Shown: positions 14,301 through 25,462 of the stretch, in pieces
How positions within the stretch are numbered: position 1 is the first letter of the stretch
Layout: every line of letters begins with the position of its first letter
Assembly: GCF_020745735.1 (NCBI RefSeq)
Contig: NC_083432.1
Coordinates: 32,326,533 to 32,390,532 of the forward strand
DNA from: Hemiscyllium ocellatum
Taxonomy: Eukaryota
Direction of reading: 5' to 3'
Length of the DNA stretch: 64,000 bases
Position numbers and translations under genes: made by a program
The notes under the pieces: generated by a model
The model's database searches: none
What the model saw: only the letters and a program-made list of their open reading frames with translations
Told to the model about the DNA's origin: nothing

Positions 14301-15419
14301 CAAGTGTAGCAAAACTGGAATCAATGGGTACTGCGGGCAAACTCTCCGGTGGTTAGAGACATACCTGACACAGGAAGGTGGTTGTGATTGTTGCAGGTCA
14401 GTCATCTCAGCTCCAGGACATCTCTGTAGGAGTTCCTCAGAGTAGTGTCCTAGGCCCAACCATCTTCAGCTGCTTCATCAGTGACCTTCCCACCATTATA
14501 AGGTCAAAAGTAGGGATGTTCACCGATGACTGGACAATGTTCAGCACCATTCGCAACTCTTCAGACACTGAAGCAGTCCGTGTCCAAATACCACAAGATC
14601 TGGACAATATCCAGGATGACAAGTGGCAAGTCACTTTGCGTCACACAAATGCCAAGCTATGATCAATCTAATAGACAATCTAACCACCGTCCCTTGACAT
14701 TCAGTGATATTATTATCGCAGAATATTCCACTGTCAACATGCTGGGAGTTATCATTGATCAAAAACTCAACTGGACTCACCACATAAAGGCAGTGGCTAC
14801 AAGAGCAGATCAGATGCTATGAATAGTGCGGCAAGTAACTCAGCTCCTTACTCCTCAAATCCTGTCCATTGTCTACAAGGCTCAAGTCAGGAGTGTGATA
14901 GAATATTCATTTGCCTGGATGAGTGCTGTCCCAACAATACTCAAGAAGCTTGATACCATCCAGGGACAAAACAGCTGGCTTGATTGGTACCTCATCCACA
15001 AACATTCATTCCTTCCATCATTGATGCTCAGTAGCAGCAGTGTGTGCTATCTACAAGATGCACTGCAGAAATTTAGCAAAGATCCTCAGACAGTACCTTC
15101 CAAACCAATGACCATCTTCATCTAGAAAGATGAATATAGCAGATATATGGGATTACCACCACCTTCAAGTACCATCTCCCCCCACCCCAAAATCACTCAC
15201 CATCCTGTCTTGGAAATATCACCGTTCCTTCACTGTTGCTTGGTCAAAATCCTGGAATTTCCTCTCTAATGGTAGTGTGGGTCAAACTTCAGCAGGTGGA
15301 CTGCAGCAGTTCAAGAAGACAGCTCACTACCACCTTCGCAAGGGCAACTATGGACAGGCAATAAATGTTGGCCAGCCAGTGACACCCACATTCCACAAAA
15401 TGAATAAATTTTAAAAAAA
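11373..15419 (+). mobile_element. Decayed LINE (APE endonuclease + RT) with tRNA-derived SINE-like 5' head, interrupted by CR1 at 12311-13436
   Basis: A-box-like ttgccgagtggta at ~11378 and B-box ggtttgaatcc at 11441; endonuclease remnants NI*GLVP, PDIVI, GDF; RT motifs LDIKAAF, GVPQSSVLGPTIFSCFISDLP, MFTDD; A-rich 3' end. Confidence 0.85.
12311..13436 (-). mobile_element. CR1 LINE 3' half, nested insertion
   Basis: GPLLFVAFINDL, SKFADNTK, LERVQKRFTRMLPGL; possible TSD gaaccaa/gaaacaa. Confidence 0.93.
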
Positions 15420-16724
15420 CATAAAGCATGAAATGTGGCTATCATGTTTTTCTCAGTGGGTAAAAGCAGATGACCAGCCACAATGCAACTGGCACAGAAG
15501 CAAGAACTGATTTTTATTTAAATCCTTCAAGGTATTTATACTGTAATTGCTGACACACAATGAGCAATTTGCAATATAAATGCTGTAAATATTTTAAACT
15601 ACTGAAATAGCTTCCAAACCTCATGGAAAAAGCATTTTTAGAAAGTTCTGGGAAGGGGAATAATGAAGGTTGATGGTTCTTATCCCGTACACCTCACCCC
15701 ACCCTCCTCCAAAATTGTACCAGGCCATAGTCACTACTAAATAGATTTACACCTGGAACGCAAAATTCCCTCCCCAGACATCTCACACTATCACACCATT
15801 CTGTCCAGCATTTGAGAAAAACCACTAACTGTTCCAGACTGTACTATTTATTTTTCTGTCATCTAACAACTAAGCTGCTCTTCTTGAAATGCCCAACCTC
15901 CACCATGAGCTTCTAATAGCTTTCAAACTTTCAATACACTATTATTATGCTCCCAAGATTCCACAGCATTCACCTTTTCTATCTTTGTTCTTTGAGCTCT
16001 CTCCCAGTATTAATACCACTCATCTACCCCCATTATGGTAGTAATACTTTCACTATCCATGTAACACCTGATATCTTGCAACCATGCTCACAAACCCCTG
16101 ATTATCCCACCAGCAGTTCCATGTTCCTAACAAACCATTCCCAATATTCCCATAGCCAGAACCCCACACTCAGATCTAACACCCCTTCCAATACCCATAG
16201 ACCCAACCATTTTTCTATGTACCTTTTGCCGATTCAAGCCACCACGCTCCACATCACCCCAGTGTTTACACATACAGGGACTATTCTCCAACTATGACCA
16301 ATCATATCATCTCTCCTACTCTCCATCTTGTCACACACCTCCAACAAACATCTTTCTCTCGTCCTTTCTATTAATATTACACTTGTGGGAGAAAAAAGAT
16401 AGAACATAAAATTGAATCTGACATACAGATAAATAACCATTACAATCAATGCCACTAATTTACAATTTCCATGATATTGAGGGCATAATCACAAAACAAA
16501 TATAAAAATTGCAATAAACACCCTCACATTTATACTTCACAAAACCTCAGCTTTATTTATTCATTCAACCAATAATCAATTACCCTGATATTATCCATTA
16601 TAGTACATAAAAACATTCCTTCCAATTGACTTTGCATAACATCCAAAGTAATATTTTATTTTAAAACAATACAGTTTATAGCATAAACTTGCAAGGTAGG
16701 TATATTGTCACCATAAGAACTGTG

Positions 16725-17635
16725 AGACGTAAGAGGTATAGTTAGTAAGCTTGCAGATGACACCAAAATTGGAGATGAAGTGGACAGTGAAGAAGGTTAT
16801 CTCAGATTACAACAGGATCTTGTTCAGATGGGCTAATGGGCTGAGAATTGGCTGATGGAGTTTAATTCAGATAAGTGCGAGGTGCTGCATTTTGGGAAAG
16901 CAAATCTTAGGACTTGCACACTTAATGGTAAAGTCCTAGGGAGTGTTGCTGAACAAAGAGAGTGCAGGTCCATAGCACCTTGAAAGTAGAGTTGCCCGTA
17001 GAAAGGATAGTGAAGAAGGTGTTTGGTACGCTTTCCTTTATTGGTCAGAGTATTGAAAACAGGAGTTGGAAGGTCATGTTGCGGCTGACCAGGACATTGG
17101 TTAGGCCACTGTTGGAATATTGCATGCAATTCTGGTCTCTTTTCTATTGGAAAGATGCTGTGAAACCTGAAAGGGTTCAGAAAAGATTTACAAGGATGTT
17201 GCCAGGGTTGGAGAATTTGAGTTATAGGGAGAGGCTGAATAGACTGGGGCTGTTTTCCCTGGAGCATCGGAGGCTGAGGGGTGACCTTATAGAGGTTTAC
17301 AAAATTATGAGGGGAATAGATGGGGTGAGGGAGTCCAGAACTAGAGGGCATAGATTTAGGGTGAGAGGGGAAAGATATGAAAGAGATCTGAGAGACAACT
17401 TTTCACGCAGAGGGTGGTACGTGTATGGAATGCACTTCCAGAGGAAGTGGTGGAGGCTGGTACAATTGCAACATTTAAAAGGCATTTGGATGGGTATTTG
17501 AATAGGAAGGGTTTGGAGGGATATGGGTCGGGTGCTGGCAGGTGGGACTAATTTGGGTTGGGATATCTGGTCGGATGGACAGTTTGGACCGAAGGGTCTG
17601 TTTCCGTGTTGTACATCTCTATGACTTTATGACTT
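16725..17635 (+). mobile_element. CR1 LINE 3' fragment
   Basis: SKLADDTKIG, RPLLEYCMQFW, RLRGDLIEVYKIMRG; tail ...ctctatgact. Confidence 0.93.
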
Positions 17636-17664
17636 GAAATAGATAAAAAGCAGCAATGTGTAAG

Positions 17665-18015
17665 GATGGCATGGTGGCTCAGTGGTTAGCACTGCTGCCT
17701 CACAGCACCAAGGATCTAGGATTGAATCCAATCTTGGACGACTGTCCGTGTGAAGTTTGCACATTCTCCCTGTGTCAGCATGGGTTTCCTATGAGTGCTT
17801 CGGTTTCCTCCCACAGTCCAAAGATGTGCAGGTTAGGTGAATTGGCTCTTCTAAATTGCCCATGGTGTTCAGGGATGTGTAGTGTCGGTGCTTTAGTCAG
17901 AGATAAAATGTAGGGTAGTAGGGTAGGGAAATGGGTCTGTGTGAGTTATTCTTCGGAGGGTCGGTGTGGACTTGTTGGGTCAAATGGCCTGTTTCCACAC
18001 TGTAAGGATTCAATG
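17665..18015 (+). mobile_element. tRNA-derived SINE (HE1/V-SINE-like)
   Basis: tggctcagtggttagcactgctgcctcacagc head, conserved body, tail gcctgtttccacactgta. Confidence 0.9.
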
Positions 18016-19381
18016 TAAGCTGTTCAGGGCCAAATAAAGAAATTCCTACATCGCTGTTTGAATAATAAAACAACTTAAGAATTCCTTATCATGTAATTTC
18101 ACTAATTGTGTTTAATAGTATCAAAATCCTAATCATTTGTATTTTTTTTGCTATGATTCAATCATTATGAATACCCACAAAAGATTATTGGATGTATAAC
18201 ATCTTAATTCCTGGGTGTTATTGAGAAACTCCAGCTATGGTGATTTTTCTCAGTCTGTTCCTTTCATAGAAGATATTTTAGGCCTTCAGGTGACCAGGTT
18301 TGCAAATGTTTCCTGTAAATACTCTAAAAGATTCAATAACTGCTGTATCCAACAACTGAAGATATGTGATTAAGCTTCTGGGTATCACAGGTACTGTTTG
18401 TTCACTGGATGACAGTTTTCATACTCCAGGATGTGGGCTTACACTGGGTTTTTGCATGTAGGAAATTTTGGGATTTTTTTTATATAACCATCAGATCTTC
18501 CATTATCGTGTTTTACACTGTCAGTCCTAGACATCTGAATGCTGGAAAAATAATGTTTCAACTTACCACTAACCATACCTGCTATTTCCTGATTAAATTG
18601 TTTGTTTCCAGTATTATTGCAGCATGGATTGGTTCCACTTGCTTGTGCCCAAAGTTAACTGGACTTCAAATATTCTAAACACATTCTACATTCCTTTCCA
18701 TAAGCATCCAAAAGCTGGCCATCTCTTACTGATGCTCTTTTTACAAGTCTGTCACTCATGACATTCCTCTTCATGAATTTAAACACATAAGGTAGGGTGT
18801 ATATGCCTTTGTGATACTCTTCATTGGCAACTGTCAAAATTCCATAACACCAATTATGCTTTCCTATTCATCTCATTAGTGCATCGTCCTGTATTTTTTT
18901 CTTTTACAGACTATTTTCCACTTGGATTGCATATGGCCTTAGTTGCAGGACATGTGGTGATTTAGTAAATCGGGATCTGTTCATCTTAAAAGTTTTTGCT
19001 TCTTCTCAGCATCTTTTTTTTAAAGCAGGTGCTGCAGAAACTGGATGGTAGGGTGAGTTACACATGGTCATTCATCTGTGATCTCTGCAAATCCAGCATA
19101 ATCTAATAAAGTCTTCTCCACCCACAAATGTTAAGGTTGTCTGCAACACAAAATTGCGTCTAATTTGGATGTGAGTTAGTACTCGTACTGTGAGTCATCG
19201 CATAAGATACCAAGGGAACAAATGCATATTGTGGGCCAAACATTAAACTCCACTTCTATAAAATGTTTCATGGCCTAGGATAGGCAATGAACTGAACATT
19301 TTTTTAAAATATTACTATATGAATGCAATAATTTAGTTTGCTATGTGAAGTTGTATTTGTGGATGTCAATTTTTAGATTAT

Positions 19382-19484
19382 TGGATGTAGGCTTGCTTGC
19401 TGAGCTGGAAGGTTCATTCCCAGCTCAGCGAGCAAACCTACATCCAGAACCTCAACTTGAGCTACAAATCTTCTCAAAACCCAC
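19382..19484. mobile_element. Minimal inverted Penelope pseudo-LTR (pLTR) insertion forming a 27-bp hairpin plus ~35-nt tail
   Basis: Sequence matches the ends of the Penelope at 25463-27800; arms 19382-19408 and 19420-19446; TSD-like ttttagattat/ttgtagattat. Confidence 0.85.
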
Positions 19485-20539
19485 TTGTAGATTATTATTT
19501 ACATGAACCAAAAATATTTTGGCATGGCATAAACCATAGGCAAACCTGTGTTCAGTTTGCTGTATATATTATTAGCCATAATAGACAAGATAATACATTG
19601 TAATGCCTCACAATCACAAAAAAAGTTTATACTAAAAGTATAGCATTCCTTAGACTGTTTGTGGGTTTATATTATGCATTCCTGGGATTTAATCATGTTA
19701 GGGATTTAACATTAGGATTTGGGCATTTTCACATTAAGAGCAATGTCAACTGACTCCTTACTCTCCTAAGCCCCAAAAACATTAGTCCTGAAAAACATTT
19801 TCAACTGCTTGGCAGTCTACAGAAAGTATATGGTTATATTCATGGTATTGTATCATCCTGTCAGATACTCATTGCTAACTTATTCACTTACCAACATATT
19901 GTAGTCAATCTTATAACACCTAATTAATTGCTTTTTGACGTATGTGGGAGAATTATCCATTTTCCTACATAGTTACACTGCTTCTGACAGAAGACATCTC
20001 CAGTGTGCAACACTTGAGTACAGGAAATATCATTAAAGGTCAACTTCTTAAAAGACGTAAAAATAATTGTGATTAACGAACGTTGGCACTAGTTTCGACT
20101 GAGACCTCTCAATTTAATAATCCTTCCTATTCCAAGTACTTGACCATCGTAATAGTGTATTCAACAAGGTGTAAACTATGTCATTTGAACTGCATAGCAG
20201 CGACCCAAAAATGGCAGGAAACACTGAGGCTTCGCCGATGATGAAAGCGAACTTGAAATACTTGAACAAAATTATAGGGAGAGCTGACAATGAACCTGCT
20301 TTCCTTGGTCAACTTATGCAGAGGACGCAAACTTGTTTCTGAACTGAATACATTATCTGGATCTCTAGATTAAATTATCCCAGTAACTCCCTCTCGTTTG
20401 CCAAGTACTGGAACATTGCCAAAGAAAGTGCAAGGGAAAGCGAATGCAGTTCTACTTTGGAATACAATTGTGTTTAAACAGTCATTTGGAAAGAGTTCTA
20501 CAGTTGACTGTTTTTTTATGGATGCATAGTTTGTACAGT

Positions 20540-21620
20540 ACTCCGTGACCGAGCTGTCACTAGGCCTGCGAAGCCCGCCGCTCTCTTCATCCAGTCGCCC
20601 GTCAAAGGCGCTCCGACACCGGTAACCCACACTAAGCAGAATAAAACATGTTTTGAACAGAGCTTTTGGGTTCAAGTGAGGCTTGTTTCAGGACTTCAGC
20701 TCCACCATTTTGTTTTGCGGCCCATCTCTGTGCAGTATTTTTGTTTTAATTCAGACACTAGGACCAACTGATCGCTTCGCCCCTCAACAACAACTCCTCC
20801 CACACAACCCCAAAGTGATCAGTGTCCACCAAACGACGTGACAGAAACGCTAGGCTAATGCAGCGACCGGTTATGTAACAAATTTCGTTTTTTAGCTTTG
20901 TTTTTGGGGAAAGGGAGAATAATCAAACTAATCTTTCGTTCGGTGGGTAACCCTCCAAAACATGGAGCCCCCAAACAAACACATCACCCTATTCACAGCT
21001 GGTACGTGACAGTTTGGATCAATTTATTCTTCAGTGGGGGAGACTTTAATAGTAAGTTTAAAATAAAATTAATAATAGAAAAGAAATGAACTGTTAAAAT
21101 TCGCAAAACTTAGTAATATATTAGAATATGGTCATTTATACAAATACAATATATCATTAACACATGAAATTACATTTTCACTTCTAATCCTTATTTCATG
21201 CACCCTCTGGGTCAAAACTGGTACAGTCGCCTCAGTACCCAGCGCAGGGATATTTCCCTCCTGTTCAAACACAGAAGCGTTGGAGAAGCAGTCCCGGGCA
21301 TCGGCTGATGATTGACGGCAGAAATAAACCAATAGAACGTCGGCGATGCCCAAGCGATATGCCCGCCCCGCGCGAAGTAGCCAATAAACATGGAGTGAAG
21401 GCGGGCCTTAGGCTGTCGGAAGCAACGGGTCCATCGGGCGGTTTTTCTCCCCGTCCAACCGCCGTCAGTGGTTTGTGGGTGTTGTAGTTCATGGTTGGGC
21501 GGTCGGCGTTGCGGCTGCGGAGTCTCTGGACTACAAATCCCGTGAGCAGCGGCGCGGAGGGGACATGCGCAGTGAGACGCCCAGATGGTTATATAAAGGC
21601 CGCCTCGGGGGGCGAGCAGT
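20540..21620. promoter_or_regulatory. CpG-rich, probably bidirectional promoter region of HEXIM1
   Basis: CCAAT at 21329 and 21381; GC box at 21361; inverted pair of ACTACA(n)nCCC motifs at 21476-21490(-) and 21529-21542(+); NRF1-like CATGCGCA at 21564; TATATAAA at 21590-21597; YY1-like CAAAATGGTGG on minus strand at 20702-20712. Confidence 0.75.
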
Positions 21621-21777
21621 AGCAGTTAAGCTGAGAGTAGTCAGTGTTGTTTGGGTGTTGGGTCTGAGTCCTCTCCACAGAAGCGGAGTCTCGGAGCAGA
21701 GACTCCATTTTGGGGAAGGAGGCAACAAAAAGAGAAAAATAAATCCCACGCTTGACCCGGTGGGTCAGGAGGGGCTC

Positions 21778-22677
21778 ATGATGTCGGAGGGGTCGGGAGA
21801 CTTGCTGGGGGAGCGCAGTCAGGCGGAGGGCGGGCGGGCGCCTCCGTCTCCGAGCGTCGCCCGGGCGGGTCGGGACGGCAGAGGGCGAGCGCCGCCGAAG
21901 CCGAGCGACGCCGCCGCGGCTAAAGAGCCCGCAGCTCCGGGAGGCGGGGTCGGAGGCGGAACGGGAGGAGGCGCTCTCGCCGGAGGCAAGAAGCGGCACC
22001 GGCGTCGGCCGTCCAAGAAGAAGCGGCGCTGGAAGCCCTACTTCAAGCTGTCGTGGGAGGAGAAGAAGAAGCTGGACGAGAGGGAGAGCGTGCGGGCGGC
22101 CAAGACCCGCGCCGAGATGTTCGCCAAGGGCTTCACGGTGGCCCCTTACAACACCACCCAGTTCCTGATGGAGGAGCACAACCAGGAGGAGCCCGACCTG
22201 AACCCGGGGGGAGGAGGGGGTGCTGGTGCTGGAGGCCCCCCCCGGCGGGCCGTCAAGTCTGACGAGACCAGCGAGGAGGACGAGCTGCTGCTGCTGGACG
22301 AGGAGGAGCAGCAGGACAGCGGCAGCGACGGCATGGGGGGCGACGGCGGCGGCGAGTTCCTGCAGAGGGACTTCTCCGAGACCTACGAGAAGTACCACGC
22401 CGAGAGCCTGCAGAACATGACCAAGCAGGAGCTGATCCGCGAGTACCTGGAGCTGGAGAAGTGCCTGTCCCGCCTGGAGGACGAGAACAACCGGCTGAGG
22501 GGCCGCCTAGACGGCGGCAAGGCGGCGGTGATCGCCCGGGCAGGGGAGCTGGAGAACAGCAACAAACTAAAGGAACTGGAGCGGGAGATGGAGAGGCTGA
22601 GGGCAGAAAACCTCCAGCTCCTGAAAGAGAACGAACTGTACAAACAGGAGCAGAAACTGTCTGAAAGTGTTGATTGA
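21778..22677 (+). CDS. HEXIM1: HEXIM1, 7SK-binding P-TEFb inhibitor (single coding exon, 299 aa)
   Basis: Arg-rich motif KKRHRRRPSKKKRRWKPY, APYNTTQFLM motif, acidic region, DGMGGDG..FLQRDFSETYEKYHAESLQNMTKQELIREYLELEKCLSR coiled coil; start taken as the first ATG downstream of the TATA box (ATGATG at 21778). Confidence 0.96.
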   Translation: MMSEGSGDLLGERSQAEGGRAPPSPSVARAGRDGRGRAPPKPSDAAAAKEPAAPGGGVGGGTGGGALAGGKKRHRRRPSKKKRRWKPYFKLSWEEKKKLDERESVRAAKTRAEMFAKGFTVAPYNTTQFLMEEHNQEEPDLNPGGGGGAGAGGPPRRAVKSDETSEEDELLLLDEEEQQDSGSDGMGGDGGGEFLQRDFSETYEKYHAESLQNMTKQELIREYLELEKCLSRLEDENNRLRGRLDGGKAAVIARAGELENSNKLKELEREMERLRAENLQLLKENELYKQEQKLSESVD

Positions 22678-23668
22678 ACTATGAGCTCTGCTTGTATGTA
22701 TATCTGTGTATAAATCTAAATATTTTTAGTCTGTACAGAGTCTAGGTTTTTTTTCCTCGGCATTGTTTTTCCTTTTGAACTTGCGTTGTAAATTTGAAAC
22801 AATCTTAATTATTTTGGATTGGGATGCACTTTGTTTTTCTCTACATTTTTAAACCTCTGCCTTCGCAGAGATGTTAAAGTTGACTTGTGTTTTATACAAG
22901 TGATTCCCCAACCATTTTATCTCTTCTGCAACACTTATTGATAAACGTGAAGCAACCAAAACTATCAGAAGTACAGTATTCAGTGCAATGTTTTTAACAT
23001 TGTGTTTATCTGTTTTAATGGGGGTGCTCTTGCCTTATTTTAGCTTCATATTGAGTTAGCTATCAGCTAACTAAAACTTTGCCAAATGATTGCCTATGGC
23101 ACAAAATCCATCACTGCCGCCACTCTGGAGAAAACTTTTTTTTCTGAGCCCTCTAACAATGGGGCTGTTTGTGGTTGTTCTGCAGTTTGCTGCATTGTAG
23201 GCTGTTGATCCTCTTGCCAGTCATGTAAAATTGTGCCCTCATTCTTGTTTTAAAGCGTTAATCTAGTTCATGGTTTGGAATAGTTTTGGATTGTTCCACC
23301 ATGCCATTGGTTTGTCAACCCAACTAGTTAGGCAAAACAAATAGTTGTGTGCATTTCCCACCAGATTAGTTTGAAACCGACCTTTGCTTTTAATGGGATT
23401 TTCTGTACAGTTGCTTCCTGTGTTTCCATTATCCCATATTCTGCATCTCGTTCATTATACTAAAATGGTTTGAGAGAAACTGACCAGTAAATTACAGTAT
23501 GTAGTTTTAGTTTAAAATTCTGTTAATTAAAAATGATGGTAACACTTTTTAAAAGAAACCTGAAAAGTTCCCCAAGAGTATACTTGGAAGCCAGAATCAA
23601 GATTGTTGGGGTTAAATTTGTAAAATATACCTTTTCAATGGATATATATATATATATACAATTTAAAG

Positions 23669-23733
23669 AATAAAAATGAATGTCTTTAAAGAGAAGAGTA
23701 TCTTGTACCTTGACTGCTAAAGTCGCAAATAAA
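23669..23733 (+). terminator. Candidate HEXIM1 polyadenylation signals
   Basis: AATAAA at 23669-23674 and 23728-23733, after ~1 kb of U-rich, transposon-free putative 3' UTR. Confidence 0.6.
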
Positions 23734-24369
23734 CTTCATATTCCTGGCAAAGTGGTGCTTACATCATGGTTTATAATTTCGGATAACCTGAGACTTTCCA
23801 ACTGTATTTAATCATAAAGAGTTAAGTTCTTAGAATCCTGAAGACAAATGGCCCAGCTTCACAACTGATCTTGGTCTAGAATGGATGTAAGTGTTCATAA
23901 TAGAACAAGTTTGCTTAAAAACTGGGTGGGAAAACTTCATTGGTCCAACATCAAAGGATGCAGCAATGGTTAAGAGTTTAGAAATGTCCCTGTGTTGCAT
24001 GTTTAAAATCTTATTTTTTTTTCAATTCTGAATGGAATTGGGAACAGATTTTTAGTTTTGTTTTTCCTCCTCGCCAACAAGTGAGTTGCTCAAAATTGGA
24101 CTGCCGTAATCTATGGTTGCCCTGCTTCACTCGCCAGGATTGAACCAGACAATCATGAAATCAAATTCTTCACACTATACTCAGATTTTATTTCAGTATG
24201 TTGTACAGAAGATAACTTGTCTGAAATGGTATAGATTTGGAATTGAGTTTACATCATGATAAGGGATGTATGCAATGGTAATGGGGTGAGAAAGACTCAT
24301 GATCTGGGAGGCTTTCTCAAATGGTAAATTTTCCTTTTAGTAATGGAATGAAATCATGTTACGGTTTTG

Positions 24370-24458
24370 CAAAGTTAAAAATCACACAACATCAGGTTGT
24401 CAACCAATAGGTTTAATTGGAGGCGCTAACTTTCAGAGTGCTGCTCCTTCATCAGGTG
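24370..24458 (-). mobile_element. Penelope-derived short element, family B, with decayed HHR
   Basis: Minus strand CTGATGA-AGGAGCAGCACTCT-GAAAGTTA, then a tail shared with 50357 and 60050. Confidence 0.7.
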
Positions 24459-24799
24459 GGTGTTTTTTTTTAAAAAGTCCCATAATTTGCTATTCATGTT
24501 TACCTCGCAAACTATAACTGACACAAGACGCAGCATTTCAAAACCATGGTTGCCAATCAATTTTGTGTTCAACATGAGCAATCTAAGAATTGGCATCCAT
24601 TTCATGTAGTGTTGAATAGATTGTTCCTGCTATGTATTTGAATGTAAAGACATACTGGTACCCTGTCATTTCCTTGATGTTAAAAGCAGAACTTCCTTAA
24701 GAAACTATCTTAACTGGATTACGGGTAAGGTGCTATGCCTGAAATGTTAGTATTAAAACTATTAGTATTTTCATACTAAGAAACTATTGCAACAATAGG

Positions 24800-25350
24800 G
24801 AGGCTTCAGTCAGATAGGGCACTGATGAGAACGCCTTGAGTAATTCATAAAGTATTGCTCCCTTTTAGGAAGAATGCAAATGCAGTGAAAGAAATTTGAG
24901 AGATTTACTAGACCTAATAGCTGGGACGCATGGATTGTCTAAGGAAGAAATGTTGGACAGGCTAAGCTAGTGTCTGCTGGAGTTCAGAGACCAAGGTGAA
25001 GGTTGAAATAGATAAGATCTGAGAGTCTTAACAGGATAGATGTGGAAAAGAATTTACTGTTGCATGGGAGAATGTGGAACCAAGCATTTTCAAACATAAG
25101 AGGTCACCCCATTTAAGAGACAAGTTTTTTTTCACCTTCAAAGTCTCCAAATCTTTAATTCCCTCCTTCAAGAGGTGATGAACACGGAATATTTGAATAC
25201 TTTGAAGACAGAGCTTAGATTTTTGATGAGCCAGGTTGTGAAAGGGTGTTTGGGTTGTCAGGAATATGGAGTAATTGATCAGCAATGATCAAATGGAATG
25301 GTAGAGTAGACTGCAGGGGACTAAGTGAACTGCTATTAAGTCACATGTAT
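24800..25350 (+). mobile_element. Old CR1 3' fragment
   Basis: Degenerate match to the CR1 C-terminus and 3' UTR (gagagatttactagac..., ggagttcagaga, cttagatttttgatg). Confidence 0.65.
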
Positions 25351-25462
25351 GTTGGGCTTGCTGTGTCCTGAGTCTGATCGCACCTAGCTGTCTAATGTTG
25401 GTGACCTATTCAATTTAGTAATTGAGCCATGTCTCCACTTATCCCTAATATGAATAAACATA

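Noticed and set aside
21475-21777. ORF-track start giving a 400-aa HEXIM1
   Set aside because: Starts at GTG upstream of the TATA box, inside promoter motifs
21589-22398. 269-aa antisense ORF and other short ORFs over HEXIM1
   Set aside because: Shadow frames of a GC-rich coding sequence; low-complexity translation
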